Source: an uncultured Selenomonadales bacterium (GTDB lineage Bacteria > Bacillota > Clostridia > Christensenellales > QALW01). From it: a DNA stretch of 64,000 nucleotides. Positions 40,325 through 50,048 of this stretch are shown piece by piece. Within the stretch, counting starts at the first letter, position 1; each line of letters opens with the position of its first letter. The notes beneath the pieces are model-generated. The model made no database searches and was not told the DNA's origin. It saw nothing but the letters and a program-made list of their open reading frames with translations. The stretch spans positions 1,449 to 65,448 of the forward strand of contig CAJKLB010000005.1 in NCBI GenBank assembly GCA_905200615.1, in the 5' to 3' direction. Made by a program: the position numbers and the translations under genes.

Positions 40325-41839
40325 CTAAGAAACAAAATCTCTTTCCGCAGTATAGAGAAACGTAAAGGGTGAAACGGAAAAGAAACTGCCCGCCGTATTT
40401 TTTATTAAAAACCCGATCAAATGTCCTTTCAACGAGAACGGAAGTTTATAATGCCGTTCCTGACCCGAAAGTATTACTGTTTTGCTCTGTTCTTTTTCAT
40501 CGGCAAAGACCGTAATTTGTATCGGTCCGTCTCCCCAAGCGGAAAAATGAACTTCTTTTATTGTTTTCCATGCGTGCGCAAGTCCCAAATCATTTTTCGG
40601 GCTGTACCAAAACCCTTGAATTGCGCCGGAGGTAGCCATATTTTCACCTACACCCCACTCCATAACCACCGTAGTTTCACTAAAAGCAGTAAGCAGTTTT
40701 TCCGTATTCCGGTCCCGGCACACCACCATAGAAATAATTTCCGGTCCGGTGTAGATCTGCCATTGCCGGTATACTATATTGTATATGAGTAATCCGCTTT
40801 CCTCCTGCGGCGTTTTTCGATGAAACGTAAGATAATAACAATTCTTAAAATAAATGCTGCACTCCTTGCGGCAAAGAATCGTATTTTTATCAAAAAAACC
40901 TTTCAGCGCGTTACTGATGCAGGAAACTCCGCTGCCGTTACAGCTGTAAACACCATAGCGGGTGGCAAACAGCACGCAGTCACCGCAAACGGTAACGCTG
41001 CCCCGGATAATTTCACTGTCAGAAAAGAAAATATTTTCTACCGTAAAATCACTCTGTACCGAAAGCGTATTGACTGCAACAATTCCGTACCGGCAAAAAA
41101 CCAGCAGCGTATCAAAAAAAGAAACGATATCGATGGCGCTGCCGATGGTATCGGTAATATCAATATAGCCGCCTGCCTCTTCCGACGCCGTAAAATCTCC
41201 CGGATCGCCGATTTTGGAAAACCATATGCGCTGGGGATATTCCGGATCCCCGATACCGAACATTCTGGAAAAGTGCATCGCCGTCTTTTCCATATGCGGT
41301 CTTGTTTGCGAAGAAACCAGCGTATAGCTGCCGTCCTCGGTATAGATATACGGTCCGCAGTTCGGTCCGCCCAACAGCGCGCAGTTATTTTTACCGGATT
41401 TATACTGTGTGAAATAAGTATATTCCCAGCCTGTGATCCCATCGGTACAGGAAACAGGCTCGGCTTCCACTTTGGAAAGCTGTTCATTATATATAAAGCG
41501 GTAAAGATTTCCGTCCGTTGCCGTATAATAAAGATTTTTATACCCTTCGGTTTCAGAGGACGCGGCCTGAAACTCAAACAGCCGTATAATCTCTTCAGGC
41601 AGCTGGCGCAGCATGACCTCTTGTCCGCTGTCCTTTTTCCACTTTACGGCGTCAAAACCCATCGCCCGCTTTAATCTTCCGCCCTCAGTGATAACATTTT
41701 CGGCCTTGGGGCTTTCCTCTAAGGCCATAATGCTGTCATCATCGCGCATGTTCAAGCCGGCAAAGCCGTCCATCCGCACCACATATTCCTGCTGCGACGA
41801 AAGAGTTTCCAGTCTGCGCAGCGTGAGCATCAGCGCCAC
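40325..41839 (-). CDS. Hypothetical large phage-like structural protein (504 aa). Candidate tail/nozzle or stabilisation protein.
   Basis: Position downstream of the head genes. Beta-rich, aromatic-rich composition. Confidence 0.45.
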   Translation of the reverse strand: MALMLTLRRLETLSSQQEYVVRMDGFAGLNMRDDDSIMALEESPKAENVITEGGRLKRAMGFDAVKWKKDSGQEVMLRQLPEEIIRLFEFQAASSETEGYKNLYYTATDGNLYRFIYNEQLSKVEAEPVSCTDGITGWEYTYFTQYKSGKNNCALLGGPNCGPYIYTEDGSYTLVSSQTRPHMEKTAMHFSRMFGIGDPEYPQRIWFSKIGDPGDFTASEEAGGYIDITDTIGSAIDIVSFFDTLLVFCRYGIVAVNTLSVQSDFTVENIFFSDSEIIRGSVTVCGDCVLFATRYGVYSCNGSGVSCISNALKGFFDKNTILCRKECSIYFKNCYYLTFHRKTPQEESGLLIYNIVYRQWQIYTGPEIISMVVCRDRNTEKLLTAFSETTVVMEWGVGENMATSGAIQGFWYSPKNDLGLAHAWKTIKEVHFSAWGDGPIQITVFADEKEQSKTVILSGQERHYKLPFSLKGHLIGFLIKNTAGSFFSVSPFTFLYTAERDFVS

Positions 41840-42360
41840 CTCCCTGCCGGCATCGTAAAGCCGCAGCGAACTTCTTTTACATTATCCACAACATTTCTGT
41901 AACGCACATCCCATACCGCAGCCTCCGCGTGAAGATGCCGGATACTGCAGCAAAGCGACGCGGCAAAATAGATGTACGCGTACGGATCCACCTGTGTAAA
42001 AGGAATGACCGGCTCATCTTCCTCTTCCTCCATGGGAACGGGAAGATAATAATATTCCACCGTAACCCTTTGTATATTTTCACACACGTGAATAAAATCC
42101 TTACCGGCCCACGCGCCGGCTCGCAAACCGTTCAACTTAACGCTTTTAAGTCCTACAAAGCATTCGCTCAGCTGCGCGATCGGAATTTTTCCGCAGCAAA
42201 CACACATCTCTTCTACGGCTACCGGACGCCATTTATCCCGTGCAATGGTCATATACGCGGTATTGATCGCGTGTTTAATCTGATCTGTAAACGCTTCATC
42301 GTTTTCGGTTTCCTTCTCTAAAAGTTCGGCTGTACGAGCAATCATCTCTCCAAAATTCAC
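41830..42360 (-). CDS. Hypothetical protein (176 aa), candidate head-tail adaptor
   Basis: Position and size only. Confidence 0.35.
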   Translation of the reverse strand: MNFGEMIARTAELLEKETENDEAFTDQIKHAINTAYMTIARDKWRPVAVEEMCVCCGKIPIAQLSECFVGLKSVKLNGLRAGAWAGKDFIHVCENIQRVTVEYYYLPVPMEEEEDEPVIPFTQVDPYAYIYFAASLCCSIRHLHAEAAVWDVRYRNVVDNVKEVRCGFTMPAGRWR

Positions 42361-42713
42361 GCTTCTTCCCCCCCAAACGCCTCCATAACCTCTCCGGCCG
42401 TATTTTTTATTTCCCGGATCTTCCGCTCTTGCCGCAAGCTGTTTTCTCTTTCTATCTCTTTAAAAATTTCTTTTGCCCGGGCGCTTCGGTACCGCTGCAC
42501 AAATTCCACCGCTCTGGCATCCAGGCAGGGATAAGGGAGCTCCAAACAAAAGCTCCCATCCGCCTGCGCGCAGGAATGTACTTCAAATTTGCCCGTTATC
42601 CTGTTGAATAAAATAAAATAGGTATGATCAATCTGCTGTATCCTGTTTAAAACATCTAACGTATCACTCAAAACAGGAATATATTTTTCCGTGTATACTC
42701 CCGGTTGGGCCAT
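42357..42713 (-). CDS. Hypothetical protein (about 118 aa)
   Basis: ORF in the operon. The start was set at the first ATG after the capsid gene stop. Confidence 0.35.
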   Translation of the reverse strand: MAQPGVYTEKYIPVLSDTLDVLNRIQQIDHTYFILFNRITGKFEVHSCAQADGSFCLELPYPCLDARAVEFVQRYRSARAKEIFKEIERENSLRQERKIREIKNTAGEVMEAFGGEEA

Positions 42714-42739
42714 AAACAACACCTCTGCGCCTTCTTGTT

Positions 42740-43885
42740 TTATTTTTCGGTAATCCCCGTGAGCTTTGCCTGGCCGCAGGGCATACCGCATATAAGATTC
42801 GCATATTTTACCAACGTAGCGGTATAGGCCGCCTTATTGGCAAGCTGCTTCAGCACATTGCCGCTGTCGCCCTCAAGCCAGCGCCAGTCGCAAAGCTGAT
42901 GCATATCAAACACCTTGGTGTCTAAAAGATACATGGTTCCGGCCGGACAATATCTGTCAGCCACTACGGGAATACCCGAATAGCTGATCGTTTTAAAACC
43001 GCCTTCCAGCTCCACGGGACTGATATTGCGCTTAGAAGTTTCCAAATATTCCTGATAGGCTCGGCGTACTCCGTAAGAACAGGTAATAAAATCGATTTGT
43101 CCGCCGCTCTTTTCCTCTGCCGAATCAATCGCTTTTTGGATTTTAATATCCGAAATAGACGTAGTTCCGGTGCCGATAAAAGGATGCATCCAATCCTTTC
43201 CGGTACGATCCACGCCATAAAGCTGCGTACCGGAGGAAAAAAGCGTCTCCAAGCCAAAGATTTCATTATTATATGAGCCTGCCAGCACAATGATATCATC
43301 CTTTGCCACCGTAACGGGTGAAGCTAAGGTAATGCCGGAATCACTGACGGCGGTAATTTCCGCCGAAACAGAAGTGCTGCTGCCTCTGAATTCAACTTTC
43401 ATTCCGGGTTTAAGCAGCTTATAAGAATCCGCCGTAACCGTCGCGGCATTATCCACCGCCGCCGCAACCGCGGCCAATTTTCCGCTGCCGTCGCCATAAA
43501 GCATTCTTGAAAAATTCTGTTTTGCCGTTGCCAACAGCCCTTCCATTTCGGCATTAAGCAAATTCACCACCGCGCCCTGGCTGTTTTCGGAAGCACGCAT
43601 TGCCTTATCCGTAATTTCAATCGTACCGTATAGGTTTTTCAACTCTGCGCGAAACATTGCATAACTGTTTCCGTTAGCCTTGGGTAAATCACCATATTCA
43701 TCCAGCGCGGCGACGCCGGAAGAAAGATCATAGCAAACGGGTTTCACCGCCTCTTTACCGGTAATAAATGAGCTGGTTGCCTTAAATTTACTGTAAAGCG
43801 GACTGATGGAGTTATTGAGCTGATTGATCAATACATCCAAATAAAAACTCTTCAGGGCATCATTCACTGTTGAAACTGAAACCAT
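42740..43885 (-). CDS. Phage major capsid protein (381 aa)
   Basis: Its position after the scaffold gene, its size, and an N-terminus typical of HK97-fold capsid families. Confidence 0.6.
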   Translation of the reverse strand: MVSVSTVNDALKSFYLDVLINQLNNSISPLYSKFKATSSFITGKEAVKPVCYDLSSGVAALDEYGDLPKANGNSYAMFRAELKNLYGTIEITDKAMRASENSQGAVVNLLNAEMEGLLATAKQNFSRMLYGDGSGKLAAVAAAVDNAATVTADSYKLLKPGMKVEFRGSSTSVSAEITAVSDSGITLASPVTVAKDDIIVLAGSYNNEIFGLETLFSSGTQLYGVDRTGKDWMHPFIGTGTTSISDIKIQKAIDSAEEKSGGQIDFITCSYGVRRAYQEYLETSKRNISPVELEGGFKTISYSGIPVVADRYCPAGTMYLLDTKVFDMHQLCDWRWLEGDSGNVLKQLANKAAYTATLVKYANLICGMPCGQAKLTGITEK

Positions 43886-43906
43886 AATTTTCTCTCCTTT
43901 TTTTAT

Positions 43907-44431
43907 TTATTTGCGGAAAAGCGCCCGTGCCAGTTCTCCGGCCGAACGCAGCGTTGCCGGCTTGCTGTGAGCGGAAACCGGAATCGCCCCGCGTTTTTCG
44001 CACATATCCGGCGCCTGGGGAAGTGAATCGAGATACTGCCGGATAAATTTTTCCCGAATTTTTTCATTACAGAAAATATAATTCAGCAAAAAATCCTCAT
44101 CCTGCGCAAGCTGTTCCGGCGCCTGATATTTTTGGGAAAGCACGCGAGTATACGCCTTATGCAATCCCTCCGCCCCGGCCAGTGAAGCGTCCTCTTCCAG
44201 CACGCGGCAGATATCGTCAAAAAAGTCGGTCGCCCCCGGGAATTCAACCAGAAAGCTCTCAATAACCGCGTCCTCCGGTGAAGGGTCAGCCTTAAACGCC
44301 CTGTTTTCCTCCTCCAGCTGCCGAATCAGCTCTTTGGCCTTTGTCATTTCTTCCTCCATCCGGCGGTATTTTTCCTCCGCTGTTTCACCGGATATTTTTT
44401 CCTCTATTTTGCCGTCTTCATTCTTCTGCAT
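43907..44431 (-). CDS. Phage scaffolding protein (acidic, helical, 174 aa)
   Basis: E/K-rich coiled-coil composition. Lies between the portal and capsid genes. Confidence 0.5.
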   Translation of the reverse strand: MQKNEDGKIEEKISGETAEEKYRRMEEEMTKAKELIRQLEEENRAFKADPSPEDAVIESFLVEFPGATDFFDDICRVLEEDASLAGAEGLHKAYTRVLSQKYQAPEQLAQDEDFLLNYIFCNEKIREKFIRQYLDSLPQAPDMCEKRGAIPVSAHSKPATLRSAGELARALFRK

Positions 44432-46307
44432 GAGTATCCTCCTCCATTTTTATTTTGTGCTGTGCGATATGTTCTTCAAAACGTTGGTGCTGTTCGCTGT
44501 TCAAACCGAATTCTTGTTCAAACTCCTGGCTTAAAAGCATCTTGGCGTGTTCCGAAATATGAATTTCATGGTCATCGGTTTCCAGCACACGAACCTCCCC
44601 TCCGTTTTTCAGCAAAAGATTTTCTCTCTGCGCCCTATTGGTATGAAGTTCACCGATATCGGCTATATTTTCCCAATCTCCCAGACCCAGACTTCTCAAC
44701 AAACGGACTCTTGTTCTTTCCGAAAGCGCACCGCTCGCGTCCGAAAACAGCCCCTTGGCTAAAAGATCGTAGATCAGCTGCTTGCGGTTGGATATGGAGT
44801 CGGAAAGCTCATTTTCGGTTTCATGAATCACATCGTCGCTGGTAAGCATACTGGCGTTCCAATATAATTTGGAGATTTCTCCGTTTTTCCCCACAATACG
44901 TTCCAATCGCAGCTGTCCGGCAAACTGCTTAAACAACCGCAGCCATTGACGGGATATTTCCAGCACCGCGTCACGAATGCGATCCGCCGTAATCGCAAGG
45001 CGCGTATCGTCTTGCTCGGCAATCGTATTCAGTGCCACACCGCTGGTCACATTTGTCGGTGCAACAGACTGTCTCATCAAATCCGAAGTTCCGGATATCA
45101 AATTAAATTCCTCCAAAAGAGCGCTTTCCTCCTGAAAGAATTCATTGGGAAGCGCCCCGGCCGGCAGCATTTGAGGCGGATTTGTTCCCTGGCGATATAC
45201 CAATACCTTTCCCGGCGTCAAGCCGTTCTCTTCCAGATCCTCTAAATCCACCGTTCCTTCTTCCACCGCCAAAATACCCACCGCCGCACGATTTAAAAAT
45301 TCATGCTTGCGGTTCCGTACCGCGTTATAAGATCGCTGGATGGGGATGCATCGCTCCACAATGGAAATCCCCCAGATACAGCCCGGCCGAGAAATGGAAT
45401 TTTGCTGTACAAACGGAAGTTTACGCGTACCGTTATCTCCGTTGCGGTACGGCAAAGGACCTTCCCAAAGTAAAATTTCGCCGCAAACCACAAGATAGCG
45501 GCCTTCTTCATATTCTGACGAGGGCTGTTCGTAATATTCCAATACCCATGCGCTGTTCTCCGTTTCCTCCGCCGCGGCCGCGTATACCGAAGACCGATAA
45601 CCGAATCCTCCGGCCGTATCAGCGGAAGAAAAACCCAAAGCTTTTACTTTATCGGGCGGAACCTCTACTCCCCAGATATCTTGAATCATATCGCAGCTGT
45701 ATACATGAGCATGAATGACCGAAGCGCATTTTTCCACATTCTGTACATAAGGCGTGTCCGGATAAATTTCATACGGCGGACATACCGTAGTAGAAATATC
45801 TCCCTCATATATCGCGCGTCCTCCGGAATTTCTGCCCATCATTCTTCCCTTGTTGCTCACCCATGTCTGCTTATAAAAAACGGTACCGCAAAGTTCGGAC
45901 CAAACGGCCGCTTCAGCCAATATCCCATCCATCCCGATACGTTCAAACGCCGAATTCAATATGGCCGTGCTTACTTTGGCGCTTTGAATGTCCTCTTCAT
46001 CTCCTGTGGCCGGACGTACCGTCACCTGCGGCGTAATTTTATTCAGCTTAGCCAGCCGGCTTTCCACGATAGGCGCAATATGGTTATACACCTCGCGCTC
46101 CTGCCATAAAAACGCTTTATCCTGCTGATAAAGCCTTCCCGCTTCGGGCAGAATATCACAATACTGATTTCCCATAAAAAAATTGATATTCAGCTGCCAT
46201 TGTAATTCAAAGCGGCCGCGTTCGCGTGAGCGCCGCTCCAATTCCTGCCGCACATAAGCGCATAGCTCTTTTTTACGTTTTTCCTCTTTCTGTTTCAAGA
46301 TCTCCAC
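44418..46307 (-). CDS. Phage portal protein (629 aa)
   Basis: Size and its position directly after the large terminase. Confidence 0.6.
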   Translation of the reverse strand: MEILKQKEEKRKKELCAYVRQELERRSRERGRFELQWQLNINFFMGNQYCDILPEAGRLYQQDKAFLWQEREVYNHIAPIVESRLAKLNKITPQVTVRPATGDEEDIQSAKVSTAILNSAFERIGMDGILAEAAVWSELCGTVFYKQTWVSNKGRMMGRNSGGRAIYEGDISTTVCPPYEIYPDTPYVQNVEKCASVIHAHVYSCDMIQDIWGVEVPPDKVKALGFSSADTAGGFGYRSSVYAAAAEETENSAWVLEYYEQPSSEYEEGRYLVVCGEILLWEGPLPYRNGDNGTRKLPFVQQNSISRPGCIWGISIVERCIPIQRSYNAVRNRKHEFLNRAAVGILAVEEGTVDLEDLEENGLTPGKVLVYRQGTNPPQMLPAGALPNEFFQEESALLEEFNLISGTSDLMRQSVAPTNVTSGVALNTIAEQDDTRLAITADRIRDAVLEISRQWLRLFKQFAGQLRLERIVGKNGEISKLYWNASMLTSDDVIHETENELSDSISNRKQLIYDLLAKGLFSDASGALSERTRVRLLRSLGLGDWENIADIGELHTNRAQRENLLLKNGGEVRVLETDDHEIHISEHAKMLLSQEFEQEFGLNSEQHQRFEEHIAQHKIKMEEDTHAEE

Positions 46308-46312
46308 CCTCT

Positions 46313-47722
46313 CTAATTCAATTTTTTATGTCTGCTTTGCCGAAGCAGCCGTTCCATATCACGCATACAAGGTGATTTTTCAGTCCTGGGCGCCTTCGGT
46401 TCGGGATGAGACATCACATAATATCTCAACTCATCCATCGCGTGATCATCACGCTTAACAGGCGTATCCCCTTGCCCGTATCGGTATCCCTTTATTTCTC
46501 TGATCATTTCACTGCAGCAGCGGAAAATAAAAAGACGGGGCATATCCGTCCTTTTATTAAAATATTGCTTCACGCGCTGAATTCCCGTCCATAAATTTTT
46601 ATTGACGCGGCTGTTTACCGCGATGCCGAAATCATAAAACAGCTGTGCCACGCTTTTATCTGCCGAAAGCGTGTGCTGCAGCGCCGCGCTGTCCATCAGA
46701 GCCTCCACACGGCCGCCTGCGGCTTTGGGCCAATCTAACTCCTCACATTTTCGTAAAATTGCTTCACAATGCCAGCGGGCATCTTTTCCGGAAAAATAAT
46801 GCTCGGCAATCACATAAATATTTCCGTCGCCGTCTACCGCATACCAATGACACGAAAGCGGATTGACCAATCCCGGATCAATGGAAAGCTTATCGAACCA
46901 TTCCTTAGGGACTTCAAAGGGATCAATCACATGAACATTTTCATCAAATTCACTGTATACCAGTCCGCAATGGCTCATAAAATGACCGTACTGTCGGCTT
47001 TCCCGTTCACTTTCCGGCAGCAGAGCCTCCAGCATTTTGACCTCTTGCGGATTCAAGAACGGATTGTCCTGCCAACTCATGGTAATATACCATGCTTCGG
47101 GATCATGGTTTTGATTCAGATAAATCTCATCGTGAACCCAGGTCAAGCCCATCAGCGGCGTCATAGTTCCCCAAATCTCGCCGCAGGTATCCAGCACCCG
47201 CATCCGACATTCATCATAAATATCTTCCGGCGGCTCCTCATCAAACCATATCCAATCCTGGCTGGTTCCCTGAAAACGCTGCCGGCCCTGATCACAGCTT
47301 TTAAAACCAATCACCGAGGTTCCGCCATGCACGCTCTTTACCAAAATAAAATCAATTACACCCGCGTCAGGACTGTCTCCCCGGCCTTTGCGCATCACAA
47401 TTTTTTCAATCCATTCTCGGGGCAAATAAGAAAGCAGCTTTTCCTGGGCAACATCGCGCTGCACCTCCTGCGTCAAACTGACCACCCAGCCTTTAGTAGG
47501 TCCTTTTATTTGCCGAAACGGATGAATACCTCTGGCATACCATACGGCTTCCACTGCCCCGCACTCTGTTTTTCCTGTACGGTTGCCGCCGAATACCCAT
47601 CGGTTTCGTTTGCGGCAGGCATGAAATTCCATTTGCTTTTTATGTCTCTTTTCCCCCAAATTGTATCCCGCCAATTTAAACAGCTGCGGATGCTTCTGTA
47701 TTTTCTGTTCAATCTGCTTCAC
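46313..47722 (-). CDS. Phage terminase large subunit
   Basis: Walker A FGGNRTGKT. Walker B-like DWIWFDEEP. C-terminal nuclease-like region. The start was chosen at the GTG just before the terS stop (uncertain). Confidence 0.75.
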   Translation of the reverse strand: MKQIEQKIQKHPQLFKLAGYNLGEKRHKKQMEFHACRKRNRWVFGGNRTGKTECGAVEAVWYARGIHPFRQIKGPTKGWVVSLTQEVQRDVAQEKLLSYLPREWIEKIVMRKGRGDSPDAGVIDFILVKSVHGGTSVIGFKSCDQGRQRFQGTSQDWIWFDEEPPEDIYDECRMRVLDTCGEIWGTMTPLMGLTWVHDEIYLNQNHDPEAWYITMSWQDNPFLNPQEVKMLEALLPESERESRQYGHFMSHCGLVYSEFDENVHVIDPFEVPKEWFDKLSIDPGLVNPLSCHWYAVDGDGNIYVIAEHYFSGKDARWHCEAILRKCEELDWPKAAGGRVEALMDSAALQHTLSADKSVAQLFYDFGIAVNSRVNKNLWTGIQRVKQYFNKRTDMPRLFIFRCCSEMIREIKGYRYGQGDTPVKRDDHAMDELRYYVMSHPEPKAPRTEKSPCMRDMERLLRQSRHKKLN

Positions 47723-48161
47723 GGTACAATCTGCGTCTTTCAAGCAAAAGCTCCCTCGCTTCCTCGATATCCAGTTCCTCCTCCGGCTTTTGTCCGCTGT
47801 TTTCCATCCACCATTTAATCGCACTTAAATCCGGGGGCACTTCCTTTTTTATTGTTTTTTTTACCACCTGTTCATCCGTTACCGAGCCATCCTCATTCTT
47901 TCTGCCCTTACACTCGGTGGTTTCCTCCTGAGCCATATAGCCGCAGGCTCGTTTAAAAAACGCCTCCATCACCTGAAAATCAGCGTTTTTCTTCTTTTCC
48001 AACGCATCTTTCAATTCCGGATAGATTCTTTTATATCTTTGCAGCGTTCGATGGGCAATTCCCAGCATCGCTGCAAGTTCTTCCTCCCGTGCGCCGCACA
48101 TAACCAGCGTACCGATATGTTTTAAATACGGCTTTACTTTTTTTTGATACATTTCACTCAT
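47709..48161 (-). CDS. Phage terminase small subunit (HTH)
   Basis: EEELAAMLGIAHRTLQRYKRIYPELKDAL. It is the first gene of the operon, upstream of terL. Confidence 0.6.
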   Translation of the reverse strand: MSEMYQKKVKPYLKHIGTLVMCGAREEELAAMLGIAHRTLQRYKRIYPELKDALEKKKNADFQVMEAFFKRACGYMAQEETTECKGRKNEDGSVTDEQVVKKTIKKEVPPDLSAIKWWMENSGQKPEEELDIEEARELLLERRRLYREAD

Positions 48162-48448
48162 CCATACCGCCGCCTCCTAAAAAAATACGGCCGCCGAAAA
48201 AGCGTGCCGCGCTTATACTTTCAGTATATCACTGTTTTCTTTTTTCGCGCCTTGTATGTGACATCTGTTATTTCTCCTTTGTACGAATTCCGGATAGACA
48301 AAAACATTTCTTCAAGCAAAAAACGAAAACATATCTTTTACTTCTGTCTTAAGTCGGCGGATTTTTATGCTTTTCATAAAACTCATATTTTCAAAGTTCA
48401 TCAATTTTTGCTTGGTTTTTTATTTACACACTTGTTTCCATTTTTCTG

Positions 48449-48478
48449 TTGACACCGCTGTTTTTTTTTGCTATAATG
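48449..48478 (+). promoter_or_regulatory. Near-consensus sigma-70 promoter (TTGACA, 18-nt spacer, TATAAT) for the tRNA-Ser pair
   Basis: Hexamers read directly, about 20 nt upstream of the first tRNA. Confidence 0.7.
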
Positions 48479-48497
48479 CACGTATCCGTTGGAAAAC

Positions 48498-48586
<89 letters not shown>

Positions 48587-48603
48587 AAAAATATGTATTA
48601 TTC

Positions 48604-48698
48604 GGAGACATACCCAAGTTTGGCCGAAGGGGCGCCCCTGCTAAGGGTGTAGGTCGGGAGTTACCGGCGCGAGAGTTCAAATCTCTCTGTCTCCGCCA
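48604..48698 (+). tRNA. tRNA-Ser (anticodon GCU), CCA encoded
   Basis: Acceptor GGAGACA/TGTCTCC, anticodon loop CTGCTAA, long variable arm, and T-arm AGTTCAAATCT. Confidence 0.9.
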
Positions 48699-48731
48699 TA
48701 ATAGGAACATAAAAAAGATATGTTCCGCATA

Positions 48732-48756
48732 AACCCCGATTTTATCGGGGTTTTTT
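48732..48756 (+). terminator. Intrinsic terminator of the tRNA operon (AACCCCGAT/ATCGGGGTT plus T-tract)
   Basis: Read directly from the sequence. Confidence 0.75.
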
Positions 48757-48860
48757 GCTGTCCAAACGCCGGGATTTCAAGGTGCATATTCGTAGATATA
48801 AAACGGCTGTTTTTGCTTTGCGGATAGATTTGAACTCCCGTACAACAGAATAACTGCTTC

Positions 48861-48902
48861 AAACGGCAGACAAGTCGCTAAAAACTTGTCTGCCGTTTTT
48901 GT
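48861..48902 (+). terminator. Strong intrinsic terminator (perfect 15-bp stem AAACGGCAGACAAGT / ACTTGTCTGCCGTTT)
   Basis: Read directly. Followed by a T-tract. Confidence 0.7.
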
Positions 48903-48910
48903 ATTTAACT

Positions 48911-48944
48911 GCCCGAAGTTTTGCAAAAGACTTCGGGCTTTTTT
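48911..48944 (+). terminator. Second intrinsic terminator (GCCCGAAGT / ACTTCGGGC plus T6)
   Basis: Read directly. It lies 9 nt after the previous terminator. Confidence 0.7.
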
Positions 48945-48969
48945 CATTTCACGAAAAGGAGCTGACAAA

Positions 48970-49662
48970 ATGTACTTTACCAATACCCCCGCCCTCAACA
49001 GTATGGAGGCGATCATGAAAAAACTGCCCTACGGCACACAGAAAGGCGGAGGTCGGTTTCACAGATTGTATCAATACACCAAGAAAGACTGCGATTGCAG
49101 GCTTTGTCTCTACTACAGAAAAAAGAAGGGATGCACCTTGACGCTCTGTCCTGTGTTAGAAATCCGGCTTGGATGCGGCGCAGCTTCTATTAGCGATGCG
49201 ATAAAAGCTGTTTTCAAAGATGCCCAAAATACAGCATTCCAAAAACGCCTGTCACAAATATACCACCGAAAGGATGATGCAGAAATGATATTTCAAAACA
49301 ACAGGCACAAGCAGATTTTTGAAGCCGAGCGATTATCTATGCGAAAGCCCGGTAAAAAGACTCTCGCTGTTTTGTATCTGCTGACTGCCGACCATACTCT
49401 GTGGATAAAAACAAAACACCTATTCACTCCAAACGGAAAAGTGGATTTAAAAAGCGTCTGTCTCGGAAATGTTTCCACAGACATCTACGCCCTATGGAAA
49501 GCAGTTAAGGAACTGCAGACCGGCGAGAAACAAATATCGCTGTGCGAACTGGCGGACAACGGTATCGTCTCCGACAACGCGTTTCGCCTGATCGTGCAGG
49601 CAGCAGCTATCGCCCGCTTTGGTACTGCAGTCTTAAATAATACGGAGGTGCGCTATGTCTGA
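48970..49662 (+). CDS. Hypothetical ICE protein (230 aa) with a Cys-rich N-terminal segment
   Basis: An AAGGAG RBS precedes the ATG at 48970. Contains KKDCDCRLCLYYRKKKGCTLTLCP. Confidence 0.45.
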   Translation: MYFTNTPALNSMEAIMKKLPYGTQKGGGRFHRLYQYTKKDCDCRLCLYYRKKKGCTLTLCPVLEIRLGCGAASISDAIKAVFKDAQNTAFQKRLSQIYHRKDDAEMIFQNNRHKQIFEAERLSMRKPGKKTLAVLYLLTADHTLWIKTKHLFTPNGKVDLKSVCLGNVSTDIYALWKAVKELQTGEKQISLCELADNGIVSDNAFRLIVQAAAIARFGTAVLNNTEVRYV

Positions 49663-49705
49663 AAATCATAGCTTCAAAGAACAGCAGATTGGAGGAATGT
49701 GAGAT

Positions 49706-50047
49706 ATGGCCTTACTCTTTTCTAAGGTAACTGTAACGGCAGGAAATGACGCAGTAAGTTTTCTCGTTGGAGGAATTCCGAGAGAATACGATGATTTGGA
49801 TGATTGGGATGAATTCGATGATTTTCTGAAATATATCGATGAAGAAACAGAAGTGTTGGTTCATGCCAATGCTTACCTCTATGGCGAGGGAGAAACAAGC
49901 GATGCCTCCTATTCGGATATTCTGCAGTTTTCCTCACGGCTTAAATCCGGCAGCAATTTCCTTACAGATTACTGTGACAATATAGAGGAAGTAAATTTTA
50001 GCTTTACTTGGTCGCCGGAAGAATTATTTGGAATGGAGATGGAATGA
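49706..50047 (+). CDS. Small, strongly acidic protein (113 aa)
   Basis: D/E-rich sequence (YDDLDDWDEFDDFLKYIDEETE). Confidence 0.5.
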   Translation: MALLFSKVTVTAGNDAVSFLVGGIPREYDDLDDWDEFDDFLKYIDEETEVLVHANAYLYGEGETSDASYSDILQFSSRLKSGSNFLTDYCDNIEEVNFSFTWSPEELFGMEME

Positions 50048-50048
50048 G

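Larger units (their letters stand above)
39382..48161 (-). mobile_element. Compact phage-like DNA-packaging and head gene cluster (10 co-directional genes). No integrase, regulatory, replication, long-tail or lysis genes are present.
   Basis: Gene content and overlapping or tightly spaced ORFs. See the individual CDS entries. Confidence 0.7.

Noticed and set aside
40820-41674. 284-aa plus-strand ORF opposite the 504-aa phage-like gene
   Set aside because: The product is basic, low in complexity and R/K/I-rich. The opposite frame is longer, has protein-like composition and fits the operon.
46769-47818. 349-aa plus-strand ORF opposite the large terminase
   Set aside because: The minus-strand frame carries Walker A/B terminase motifs. 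The plus-strand product is R/H/F-rich with no motifs.
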